Origin: Octopus vulgaris
Taxonomy: Eukaryota
Reading direction: 5' to 3'
DNA length: 64,000 bases
Assembly (NCBI GenBank): GCA_951406725.2
Contig: OX597815.1
Span: forward strand, 145,142,001-145,206,000
Shown piece after piece: positions 42,584 through 55,045 of the stretch (the first letter of the stretch is position 1; the number at the start of each line of letters is the position of its first letter). The notes beneath the pieces are model-generated. The model ran no database searches. It had not been told where the DNA came from and was given only the letters and a program-made list of their open reading frames with translations. Position numbers and translations under genes: made by a program.

Positions 42584-43149
42584 AGCAAACTGCGTTCTCA
42601 ACTTGTTCCATTTTCCAAAAGGTTTGCAAGGCATCACCAGGCCTCAAAAGATACATTCGTGTCCATAGAATATGATTAAAGCTTTATTTTACTGAACACT
42701 CATTTGTCGGTCACGACAAGGGAACCCATCATATCATCATCATCATGATATGTGTGTGTGTGTGTGTGTGTGTGTTAAATGTGTGTGTGCGTGCGTGCGC
42801 GTGTGTTAAGTGTGTTTGTGGGCATGTATGTATGAACAAGAGTATGAATAAATCAAAAATTAAAAAATCTAATTCACTTAATCCAATGAAAATAAAGTAA
42901 TTAGAATCATATAAAAAAATGAGTGAATTAAAAATATAATAAAATAATAAGGCATATATGATATTATACGTCATATTTAATAATATATATGTTCTATATA
43001 TATAATTATTAAGGATTGTAATTTAGAATTAATCAAAAAATATTTTTGGAACCAATTTAGAAAAAATACAAAAAACAAAATGGAGTGTGGAACTAACTTG
43101 CTGTGCAACTTTGCTAACAATTTGCTTCTTACTCTGCGCCGGCTAATGC

Positions 43150-43400
43150 GCTTATCTCACTTATAAGAGAACTTTCGTTATTGAAGCGTAGAATTCTACA
43201 ATATCAAACTGTTTATCATGTTTGTCGTTGAACCATTTAATGCTCGAAATGCTGTTGCCGCCAAAATAGAATGCTGGTCGTTTGTTAAATACTAAGTTAA
43301 TATTGAATATACCCTTTTCTTTATTTATAATGGACGGATAGGTATCCTCATCTTGTTTTCATGCTTTTTCCAACGGTTATAATGAATCCTTTCACGGATT
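43150..43400 (-). pseudogene. Penelope-like reverse transcriptase remnant
   Basis: Minus translation SIKWFNDKHDKQFDIVEFYASITKVLL resembles the PLE RT motif FDIxxFYPSI. Confidence 0.6.
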
Positions 43401-43609
43401 CAAGCTTTATTTGAATCCACTGATGTCATTACAGTCAAGCCAGGTGGTATTAGCTTTGAGTCTGACAAAAGAAATACAAAAAAAAACCTTTTGGCAATCC
43501 CTCAATACCATCCTATGCTATTACCCCTGTGCACCAACTCCCCACATTGCTGTCACTAACGCACAATAAAAAAAGCCCCCTACAACAGTCAAAGCCTGCC
43601 ACTACACTA

Positions 43610-44130
43610 ATCTCTACATTTCTATTCAATGCACAAGGTATCAATTCTTCCATCAATGCGCAAAAATGGAAGATCCAATTCGTTGAGGATTGGGTTGGTA
43701 ACCATCCACACCACATCACTTTCTTCATTCTTACCGTGGCCCACCTTGACAACTCTCACTTGGAAGTCGAAGGGAAAGCGAGGAATTTCACAACCATCCG
43801 CGCAGATCGAGTCGACAGAAGGAAGGGTGTAACTGTCACTTTCCTGCATGATTCATTTTCGGCAGATAGAAATATGAAATTCTCTAACGGCTACTGTGAA
43901 TTGGTCACTGTTCACAACAAAACCAATAACCTGATAATAGGTGGGCTGTACAGGCCACCTCAAACACCCATACTGCGCTTTAATGAATGCTTTAACAACA
44001 TTAAATGCTTTATTCAACAGTGCCATTCTAATAACATAATTATGATGGGAGATTTTAATCTACCCTGTATTGATTGGTCTACAAACAGTTTGAAATCAGG
44101 CACTCCCACCTCAACTCCTGGCAAAGAAGC
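43610..44130 (+). pseudogene. APE (EEP) endonuclease domain of a CR1/L2-like LINE, truncated
   Basis: Motifs FNAQGI, IRADR, GLYRPP and IMMGDFNLPCIDW. No RT follows. Confidence 0.85.
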
Positions 44131-44788
44131 AATAGGGTCATTTCTCGTAGGTAATCGTTTTTTATTACGTATATTTTCATTTGTCATGCTCATTTTTACA
44201 TTTTGGTGTTTTTCTGAGATTTTTCTCGAGAACAAACTCTTCGTGGTAATGGCGATTTGACGTCTATGTTTAGCATATTAGGTGTCCACTTTAGTGGTCA
44301 TTCCTCTTAATTTTGTATGTAACACAATTTTTATTCTTCGGATTTTTCAAATATGCTAAGCCACTGGTTTTAATTGATTAATATTAATTTCTACCCTTAT
44401 TATTTAATCATATATATACACACACACATATATTATATATAGGAGCATCTACTGCGAACGAATATATATTTACAGGCATTTATGTATATATGTATGTATG
44501 TGTATATTTGCATATATGCATATATGTAAGCATGTATATGCATGTTTATATAAAGTATCAAGTGATGGTCACAGCACAGACATGGGAAGCGAATGTTGTG
44601 GTTGGTATTAGTCATAAAAAAAGGTATTAATTGGATGCGTAATGCTTATGACTGTAAGAAATGGTGAGGGCGGGAAGGAGGAGAACTTCTGTTACTACAA
44701 CGGAAACCCGACGACTACATGTTCGTATGTTTATATGTATGCATCTATTTGTGTGTGTGTTTATATATAATATATATATGTATGTATA

Positions 44789-44997
44789 CTCTTTTACTCT
44801 TTTACTTGTTTCAGTCATTTGACTGTGGCCATGCTGGAGCACCGCCTTTAGTCGAAGAAATCAACCCCAGGACTTATTCTTTGTAAGCCTAATACTTATT
44901 CTATCGGTCTCTTTGCCGAACCGGTAAGTTACGGGGACCTAAACGCACCAGCATCGGTTGTCAAACGAAGTTGGGACACAAACACAAACACACAAAT

Positions 44998-45077
<80 letters not shown>

Positions 45078-45238
45078 GACGATCTTCTTTTAGTTTCCGT
45101 CTACCAAATCCACCCACAAGCCTTTGGTCGGCCCGAGTTATAGTAGAAGACACTTGACGAAGTTGCCACGCAGTGGGACTGAACCCAGAACCATGTGGTT
45201 GGTAAGCAAGCTACTAACTACACAGCCACTCCTGTGCC
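44789..45238 (-). mobile_element. SINE family A, full length
   Basis: Reverse complement of the consensus. Confidence 0.85.
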
Positions 45239-45444
45239 TGTATTCTTAAGATAGAATGTTGTTGACAGTGACTTCGACGTTTCAGCCAGCTGAAAGCTTC
45301 GAATTATAAGCCATCTTTGGACTATGGCTTAGCTGGCTGAAACTTCGAAGTCACTATCAGCAACATTCTTGTATAAGTTTGTACTCTACAAAAGTATAGA
45401 GTGACCCATCAGATCAATGTAAAGTTGTTTTTATTATAACTGAA

Positions 45445-45845
45445 AGTAAGGCGGTGAGCTGGCAGAAACGTTAGCACGCCGGGCGAAATGCTTAGTGGTA
45501 TTTCGTCTGCCGTTACGTTCTGAGTTTAAATTCCGCCGAGGTCGACTTTGCCTGTCATCCTTTCGGGCTCGATTAAATAAATACCAGTTACGCACAGAGG
45601 TCGATATAATCGACTTAATCCGTTTGTCTGTCCTTGTTTGTCCTCTCTGTATTTAGCCCCCTGTGGGTAGTAAAGAAATAGGTATTTCGTCTGCCGCTAC
45701 ATTCTGATTTCGAATTCCCACGAGGTCGACTTTGCCTGTCATCCTTTCGGGGTCGGTTAAATAAGTACTAGTTAGGCACTGGGGTCGATGTAATCGATTT
45801 AATCACTCCCCCTAAACTTGAGGCCTTGTGCTTCCATCAGAAAGG
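45445..45845 (+). mobile_element. SINE family B (dimeric) with a 12-bp target-site duplication
   Basis: TSD attataactgaa at 45433-45444 and 45846-45857. Confidence 0.85.
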
Positions 45846-45865
45846 ATTATAACTGAACTATATAC

Positions 45866-45908
<43 letters not shown>

Positions 45909-45909
<1 letters not shown>

Positions 45910-46258
45910 AGGTGCAATAGCCCAGTAGTTAGGGCAGCAGACTCGCGGTCGTGAGAACGCGGTTTCGATTCCCAGATCGGGCGTTGTGAGTGATTGTTGA
46001 GCAAAAACACCTAAAGCTCCACGAGGTTACGGCAGGGTTGGTGGCGAACCCCGCTGTACTTTTTCACCACAACTTTCTCTCACTCTTTCTTCTTATTTCT
46101 GTTGTACCTGTATTTCAAAGCACCAGCCTTGTCACACTCTGTGTCACGCTGAATCTCCCCGAGAACTACGTTAAGAGTACACCTGTCTGTGGAGTGCTCA
46201 GGCTGTTCTTTTAATCTGATCAACTGGAACCCTCGTCGTCGTAGCCAACGGAGTGGCA
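45909..46258 (+). mobile_element. tRNA-derived SINE family C variant
   Basis: tRNA-like head with ggtttcgattccc. The 3' part is shared with 11907-12230. Confidence 0.75.
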
Positions 46259-46789
46259 CGATATATTTATACATACATACATACATACATACATACATAC
46301 ATACATACATACATACATACATACATACATACATACATGCATAGATATACATATATATGTGTGTGTGTGTGTGTCTAGCTTAACTGAGTTTATCTACCTT
46401 CATATCATGGCACCTTGGATTTCTCTGATAACACGCTGAACTCCTCGATGAACAATTCAGAGTTTAAGTTCAAATTCATTGAACACCACTACATGTTTTC
46501 TATTGCGACCATTTCTAGCTCTCACATATTGACTGTGTATATGTATGTATATATATCCTCCGTCATGTATTATTACATTACTTTTAAATATATATATATA
46601 TATATATCGCATTGCTATTATACAAAAGTGTCGTAACCATTCCATAACAAAACCGTTGTACTACACTTCGACAATTTTTGTTATCTTAACATCTGAAGTA
46701 GCTGGAGATACGATAGTTTGACCAAAAGAACCGGCTATTGCAAGCAAAAATGAATATTGCAAAAAAAGATACATACATGGTGATTGCTT

Positions 46790-47076
46790 CATCTTTGCAG
46801 ATGATTGCTGTCTACCCATGTAACCCCATCAACTATAATCAGCTCTAAACGTCCGGCCTTGACTCCTTAGATGGCTTTTAAGTCCAGGATTAGATTTGCA
46901 CTGTCTGCAGCAAACCTGACAGGCAAAAGATGGGTCCTCTATTGGATTTATTGGGTCAACTTGTGGGATGTCATCTCATGTACACCCATATGCCTTTTAA
47001 GACCAGGTATTGATTTGAAGATCTTTTTGCACACCACACATGTTGTCTCACTTAGCATTGGCGTTGATACAGTTGA
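46790..47076 (-). mobile_element. RTE-like LINE 3' fragment with C2H2 fingers
   Basis: TCVVCKKIFKSIPGLKRHMGVH and CQVCCRQCKSNPGLKSH. Truncated at (TACA)n. Confidence 0.65.
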
Positions 47077-47120
47077 TACATACATACATACATACATACA
47101 TACATACATACATACATACA

Positions 47121-47151
<31 letters not shown>

Positions 47152-48394
47152 CTGACCGCTAGCTCGTAAAGCTTTCTTTTTTTATTCTCTCTGTTTATTT
47201 TCTCGTGTTCCTTTCTGTTGAAGAGCGTAGGCTCGAAACATAAAAGACTTTCTCACCTTCCCGAGCGTTAAACTAATACACTTGTTTGTGGTTTACATAC
47301 CAGTCTTCGTCTTTTATCTTTTGTCAATTCCAACTATATATATATATATGTGTGTATGTATTATGTATGTGTGTATTATGTATGTATGTATGTATGTATG
47401 TATGTATGTATGTATGTATGTATGTATGTATGTATGTATGTACGTACGTACGTACGTATGTATGTATGTATAAATACATATTTAAATGCATACACATACA
47501 CATATTTACACGCATACACACACATACACGCACACACATATACACTCACACACATATACGGCTTGCACACATGGATTGCATATAGACACACACACACACA
47601 CGTACACGCGCGGTGCGTACACACATGCGCACACGCGCGACGCGCGCACACACACTCACGCACACGCACGCACGCATATACACAGACACACGGAAACACA
47701 CACACATATACGGCTTGCACACGTAGATTACATATAGACACTCACACACACACACATACGCACACGCGCAGCGCGCGCACACACACATATGCACGCATAC
47801 ACACAGACACACCGAAACACACACATATACGGCTTGTACACGTGGATTGCATATAGACACGCGCGTACACACACACACACACACACACACAAACATATAC
47901 TGTTACATCCACACGGAAGCAGACACAGATACATATATACACCCTTGATATAGAAAACAGATGTTCTACACATGTAAATTTATACTCAATCGTTGTTAAC
48001 ATTTTCCTCGACAAAAATTGACATTTTTATTTTTTTGCCAATTCAACAGAATTCATTAAAATTTTACTAATTACTTTTGTTAATGATTAAAATGAATGTA
48101 ATTTTACATATTTCCGTTTCTGTATATATAAGTGAAGACATAGATGTCAATGAGCGCGCGTGTGTGTGTGAATATGTGTGTATGTGTGTGTGTGTGTGTG
48201 TATGTGTGTGTGTGTGTGTGCTATCTATCTATCTATCCTTTTTTCTTTTTTTTCTTTTTTCTTTTTTTTCTTTCTTTTGATCGAAAACCTACCCCACTTC
48301 ATTTTTTTCATCCCCCAAAAGAAAAGCTCTACCTTGTAATTTGTCCAATCCGTGTGCAGCCCTGTGTGGCCAATAAAGAAACTTATCTAGAAAC

Positions 48395-48460
<66 letters not shown>

Positions 48461-48674
48461 GTCTGTCTGTCTGTGTGTGTGTATGTATGTGTATGTATAG
48501 CGCTTATACGTCTTCACTACATGGACTCCAAGTAAGGCGCTAGAAAGAAAACAGGATGGAACATTCACAGAACTTGTGTGAGCTGTGTTTAACATGAAAT
48601 GACAGTTCTATACAGCAAACGAGGTATTTTATGGCAATCTTCTAAGAGTAGACTTCACTACAAAGGAACGAAGA

Positions 48675-49008
48675 CTAAATGTGGCTAACCCTTAATGGTC
48701 GATGCTACTGTAGCTCGTAGCCCCTGGAAGACATTTTCTCCAGTTAGCTATTGACACACTATCTGTACCTTATCAATATTTGCAAAGGGAAGTCATCGTT
48801 CTCAACTCCAGATTGGAACACGGACCCGAGTTTCTGGGTATTGACCCGTCATCAGCGTGTGACAACCACGGTTGGCGATGGGAACGACGACTTCTCTTTG
48901 CAAATACTGACAGGGCACAGATAGTGTGTCAATAGCCAGCTGGAGGAGATATCTTCCTGGGGCTACAAGCTACAGTAGCAAAAACCCTTAAGGGTTAGCC
49001 AAATTTAG
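48675..49008. mobile_element. Fold-back element: about 135-bp inverted arms enclosing a hammerhead ribozyme
   Basis: 48675-48810 aligns without gaps to the reverse complement of about 48873-49008, and mismatches are mostly transitions. The central loop holds the HHR. Confidence 0.85.
48818..48860 (-). ncRNA. Type I hammerhead ribozyme (sense to the host pre-mRNA)
   Basis: ACACG CUGAUGA C GGGU caau ACCC A GAAA CUCGGG UC CGUGU. Stem I is 5 bp, stem II is 4 bp, stem III is self-complementary, and the triplet is GUC. Confidence 0.85.
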
Positions 49009-49044
49009 GTGGCAAATATACTTCTCGATGGTGTGCAGCTACTG

Positions 49045-49105
<61 letters not shown>

Positions 49106-50297
49106 CACATATTTATATATCATTATATATCAGTGATAGAAAGGATATAGTGATGATAAAGAAATATTATAAATATATATATCATAAACATAAGCATATA
49201 TATATAGAGAGAGACCACTACATACATATATACACGTGTATGAATATACTTATTACCTATAAAAGTAATTAGTAAAATATTGATTTTAAATTTTGACACA
49301 TAGCCAACAATTTCGGGAGATAAAATCGACCCCAATGTTCAACTGGTACTTATTTTATCGACCCCAAAAGGATAAAAGGTAAACATCGACCTCAGCAGAG
49401 TTAGTAAAATGTTAACGATATAATGTTAAATACTAGTGGAAAAAAAATTCTCTGTCTAACTAATGAGAAATCTATCGATGATCCAACTGAACTATAGCTT
49501 TAGATGAATACCTGTAATTATTGGGGATGATGAATATGTAACTAACTGGTATAGCAGCGAGAGGGGTTTACTAAACTAGAAAAACTCGGTTGATTAGGAA
49601 ATTGCAATTACGCGGTATTGGTGGAACTGTGGAAATATGTAAAACTTGTAAAACATTCCCAAAGTTTGGCTTGTAGTAATTGCATATACACACGTGTAGA
49701 CATACAATATACGTATATATATACACACATATGTGCCAAAGCATACAAATATCTACAAGCACATAGATATATATAAACATCTACATGCTTGCACATATGT
49801 GCTATCTATGTGTATATATGTAAGTATTCAAGCCTAGTCGTGTTTATCTGCATCGCTATCTTCATACATATTATGTATGAATTCATACATTAATACTTAT
49901 ACATAAATAGAATTATGCACACATCCTTCTTTCTATTCATTCATCCGTCCGTTTGTCCGTCCGTCTGTCCGTTTGTCTGTCTCTCTGTCCATCCGTTCAT
50001 AAACAGATACATAAATACACGCAACGCATATAACCGCATAGTTGCTGATGTCTAAATTCCGGTGAAAAACCTGTTTCTCGGTTAGAAACTGGTTCTTTCT
50101 CTATTGATGAAAAATTTTAACAACAAAACCAAAAGAACATTCATACATACCAACACACACACACACACACATATATGTCCATATGTATATATGTACATAC
50201 ATACACACATACATATACATGCATATATATACTTACATTCATATATGCATACACACACACACTCTCTCTCACACACACTCTCTCTCACACACACACA

Positions 50298-50393
<96 letters not shown>

Positions 50394-50819
50394 CTCTCTC
50401 ACACACACACACATATATACACAGACATACGTACACAATAGTTATAAATTCAAGTTAGGAGAAAGAAGGAAGCATGGGGCCGTGCGCAGCAGTTATTAAC
50501 CAACAGATTGAAGCAGGAAAAAACAGTTGAGAATCACGTGACGAATTATCAAAGAGTTAGAGTTAAGAAGAGTTACACAGCAACTGGTTGCTATTATTGA
50601 ACACCAAACCAAGAGTTGATCCACCATTTTATTTCTCAGGGTACATTACAAACAAATCAACTGTGACATCATACATTATCCACCCAGAAGGCCTTGATCT
50701 AAAATCTGTCTTAGCATCGTACGAGAACTGTATTGTAAAATAGAAGTAACATCTCCGGCAGGCAGAAAAAAGACAGTTCCTTTAGATACTATCTTTTCAG
50801 GAGATACGATGAAATAGCC

Positions 50820-51300
50820 AGAACAATTTAGAATGAAGTGAAGAAGCAAAATAACCAGAGAAATATGGTGAGACCCATGAATCAAAAGGATATTTATGGA
50901 ACCTAAATATAAATTAGGGAACTAAAATTAAAATACAACCAGCCTGTTATTGTTGTCTGGAACCATGAAATAAAAACATGTTCTACTGTGAAAGTCAATT
51001 CCCCACTTGACATCGATATGGTAAGAAAAACACAGAGGGAAAAAGACATCTTCGGACATCTCTGTTGAAGAATTTGCGAATCCTGTTGCTAAAATACTCT
51101 TTCAACATTATACCATCATTATTAGAGTGACAAGATATAAACGAACTCACTTGGAATTATGTATATCTTAACGAGGATTCCTGATGCAAGAACATATAAA
51201 TAATTCGTAAACAAAAATACCTTACGCACAAAATAAGTTTAGTAACATAGAGAGAGATGCTAACTACCAAGATGTGACCCGCATCATAATCAAGCTATCC
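50820..51300 (+). mobile_element. Old R4/Dong-like RLE fragment
   Basis: Frameshifted YNQPVIVVWNHEIKTCSTVKVNSPLDID, similar to the RLE region at 35300-35750. Confidence 0.5.
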
Positions 51301-51952
51301 TTAAAATATCACCACGATGTTATCATAGATTCCGAAGTAATCCGTAGAAAGGAAAGTGCTGAAGAGGAAATAGAATACAAAACGCTTCAGTGATGTGGAG
51401 GGTATATCCGCATATAAAATGGAGGAATACGAGTGTAATATTCCTGTCAAAATCTTCGGAAAAAGTATACACAACAGTGCAGACATTAATGGTCTGCAGC
51501 AGAGAATATCAAAGGAGAACCACAAACGATTTGTGTGCGTTTATACATGCATACATATTTATCTATACACACAAACATATAAATGTATACACACATGCAT
51601 ACATACGCACTCATGCATATAATTCCTTCCACCTGACTTGCATTGAATTTATATAAATTTAGATTAATTTACATTAATTATGAATCAATAGTAATTACGT
51701 AATTATAGAATTAACGATGCTCATTCTTAATGAAACAACTGTTGACAGTATCTTATTTATGACCTATCGTTGAAATTTATGCTTTATATAGGCGCAGGAG
51801 TGACTGTGTGGTAAGTAGCTTGCTAACCAACCACATGGTTCCAGGTTCAGTCCTACTGCGTGGCACCTTGGACAAGTGTCTTCTACTATAGCCTCGGGCC
51901 GACCAAAGCCTTGTGAGTGGATTTGGTAGATGGAAACTGAAAGAAGCCCGTC

Positions 51953-51984
<32 letters not shown>

Positions 51985-52395
51985 GTGTGTGTGTGTATTT
52001 GTTTACGCGTGCGTGTGTACGCGAGAATTATTTGGTGTTGTTGATCAGCCTATAGAAAACAAGAAAAAACTTACTGAGACTTTATACACTCAATAAGTAT
52101 TGTTCCTGCCCAAAGGTTGTGGCCTTGCTGGAGCACCGACATGATTAAAACTCTTTGTTAATATTGAGATTGATTGGAACTTTCAATGTTCACTTATAAA
52201 GGATTATCTCAACCATTACAGGCAGACACCGAATCCCCACTGAGCTCAGTATTATCAACGTGTGTGTGTGTGTGTGTGTGTGCGTGTGTGTGTGTGTATG
52301 TGCATGTGTATGTATGTGTACATGTGTGTGTGCATGCGTGTGCATGTGTGTGTGTGTGTGTGAAAGTTCATATGTTACATATGATTCTAACTCAC

Positions 52396-52622
52396 CTAAT
52401 CCCGTATTTCGACTTAATCCCAGGTTTGGACTTTATGAGATTCCAAATTGACGTCAGAAATAACAAAAGACGTGCCTTTAATCTTCTATCGGTTTTATGT
52501 GCTTTGGTTAAGCATTTCGTTAAAGAATCCTTTCTGGTTTTAACAGCGTCTTGGAAAACAGATAATGGAATATTGGACAGAAAAGTTTGGTAATTCTCAC
52601 AAGGATTTTTAGCAACTTCCAT
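52396..52622 (-). CDS. Exon 1 (start) of the uncharacterised protein
   Basis: Kozak-like acaaaATGG, 75 open codons MEVAKNPC...KSKYGI, and donor TAG|gtgagt in phase 2, matching exon 2. Confidence 0.75.
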
Positions 52623-52699
52623 TTTGTGGAATTCTTTGTCGTTATAGTTTAGTAATTTTCCTTTGTTTTTGTTATAATCGGAAGAATCTTTGATGATCT

Positions 52700-52740
52700 A
52701 AACTTGATCACGTGACAGGGTATTTCTACGTCACTAGATG
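52700..52740 (-). promoter_or_regulatory. Candidate proximal promoter: E-box/CLEAR-like GTCACGTGA plus CRE-like TGACGTA
   Basis: tcacgtga at 52708-52715 and tacgtca at 52727-52733, about 90-110 bp upstream of the ATG. No polypyrimidine acceptor lies upstream of the ATG. Confidence 0.35.
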
Positions 52741-52810
52741 AGCTAAGTGACTCCTTCCGAGAAGTGTTAAGTGTCTTTATCATTGCGTTTCGTGAGAATT
52801 AAGAATTTTC

Positions 52811-52850
<40 letters not shown>

Positions 52851-52967
52851 ATACTTATATATGTATATATAGACATACATACATATATAAATATATGCAC
52901 ACATGAGTGCGTGTGCATGTGTATATATATATATATTTACATACATTCATTCATACATACATGCGTA

Positions 52968-53015
<48 letters not shown>

Positions 53016-53531
53016 GTAATAAATCGTATGGTATACATACAACGCACACACACACACGCACACAAACACACATACACACCCCTCCCCACGTATATTCATC
53101 CTCTTTCTCACTGTTTCTCTTTTTCTCATACTTTACACTAAACCAATGACAAACTCCTAAACTATAATTATTCATAAGAATTACCTTGGCTTCTTTCATC
53201 TCGTTCTTATACAGCTCACAACCTTTTAACCTTGTTATCATAACTATACGGTATTATTGTTATAATTAATCATTTCCGGGGACAAGGCCACCGGAATCCA
53301 GAGCCTTCTGTGCTGACCCCTGAGGCACTACAAGCAATTAACGAACTAATAATGGAACCACTGTGTGATCGACTGCTTTTCTGGGCATATTTTATTCCTG
53401 TTGTGATGGCTTATAGAGGAAGCTTGTGGTTACATAAACAAAAATTACAAACCGCATTGATGTTGACGATTTAAGAAATGAAAACGAATCTCATTTTAAT
53501 TATGTATGCCTATGTATACAACAAGCCCTGC

Positions 53532-53692
<161 letters not shown>

Positions 53693-53739
53693 GCTATCTG
53701 TCTGACTGTCTGTCTGGCTGTCTGTCTAAGACTGTATGT

Positions 53740-53837
<98 letters not shown>

Positions 53838-53955
53838 AAATTTGCCTGTTCATAATTATACCATATGCTACATATATATATATGTAGCATATGGTATAAT
53901 TATGAACGGGGCAAATTTTAGCCACTTCGCTTTAGATTGAGAAAAATAATGAAAA

Positions 53956-53998
53956 GCCTTAATCGATTTTCGGACCTTATTGGGTTCTCCTCAGAGGC
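53956..53998 (-). ncRNA. Minimal type I hammerhead ribozyme in a TA-flanked PLE-type fragment (53880-54135)
   Basis: GCCU CUGAGGA GAACCC aaua AGGUCC GAAA AUCGAU UA AGGC. Stem I is 4 bp, stem II is imperfect, and stem III is palindromic (AAUCGAUU). Confidence 0.65.
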
Positions 53999-54162
53999 GT
54001 CTACATTATTCTGACAGTCTCTAGAGAAACAAGCAGCCGAACTGCTTGTATACTCAATAAATGCAGCAGTCGTTCTATGAATGAGTCGTCCTAATTTCAT
54101 ACCGAAAGTGTTTAACATTCTATAAATACCAGCGATATATATATATATATATATACACATAC

Positions 54163-54223
<61 letters not shown>

Positions 54224-54224
54224 C

Positions 54225-54273
<49 letters not shown>

Positions 54274-54918
54274 CATATATGCGATGCGTGTGCATGTAGT
54301 TTACTGTTCCGTTAAGGTAGGGTCAACAAAAAAGTACTCCATCCAGTGAGAGATAAATATCATTTAATAATTACAGGATTTAAATTAAGAGCGGCTAATG
54401 ATTTCTTGCCATAGAGACACTGTGATTTAGCAGATTTATATAACCTTTGACTTACATCTTCAATGAACTCAGTGGGCTTGTGCACAATTTCCACTCTATT
54501 CAGTTCCATACACAAGGCTTGGCTCAACCCAAAATTATATTAAAAGCACTTGACCAAGAAGCTGTTCCGTGTGATCGAACCGGCGGCTTCGTGGTTGCCA
54601 TGGGAACTTCTTAACCATTCGGCCAAACTGCACCAATTAAAAAAAACCATTAAAAAATCAACAACAAAAATCTTATTACTGGCGTTATGATTTCCCCAGA
54701 CAAGTGCCTATTATCAAGAGCCTATTACCAAGTGCCTATAGCCAAGACACTTAGCTATAAACAGGTTGTAAGGTTTACAGCTACAATCAGCAGGAACACT
54801 GTGAAACTGCTGAGTGGTTTTGTTAGATTACAGTTTCTAGTTTAAAAATCTGCTCATGGCTAGAATGGAGCAAAATCGGGTCCTCGAACATAATTGGAAT
54901 TGAATACATTTGTCTTAC

Positions 54919-55045
54919 CTTATCTTGGGCCCTTAACTCCTGGTGTAGTCATGGTGGGGGTGGAGTCGGGACATTGGGTGTGTCTTGAACATTTTGTATC
55001 TGGTGAAACCCACCCACCTCCATGTTTGACCATAGCAGATTTGTT
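54919..55045 (-). other. Candidate orphan 127-nt exon
   Basis: A long (CT)-rich tract with tttcaag| acceptor and a strong AAG|gtaaga donor. Stops occur in all three frames. Confidence 0.4.

Noticed and set aside
48675-49008. pre-miRNA, or strand-biased G-U pairing as evidence of RNA-level selection
   Set aside because: The hairpin is much longer than a pre-miRNA and repeat-like. Arm mismatches give wobble pairs about equally on both strands.
55000-55045. GAS2/GAR-domain similarity (MVKHGGGW vs MVRVGGGW)
   Set aside because: Only a short motif matches; the following residues do not, and no partner exon was found.
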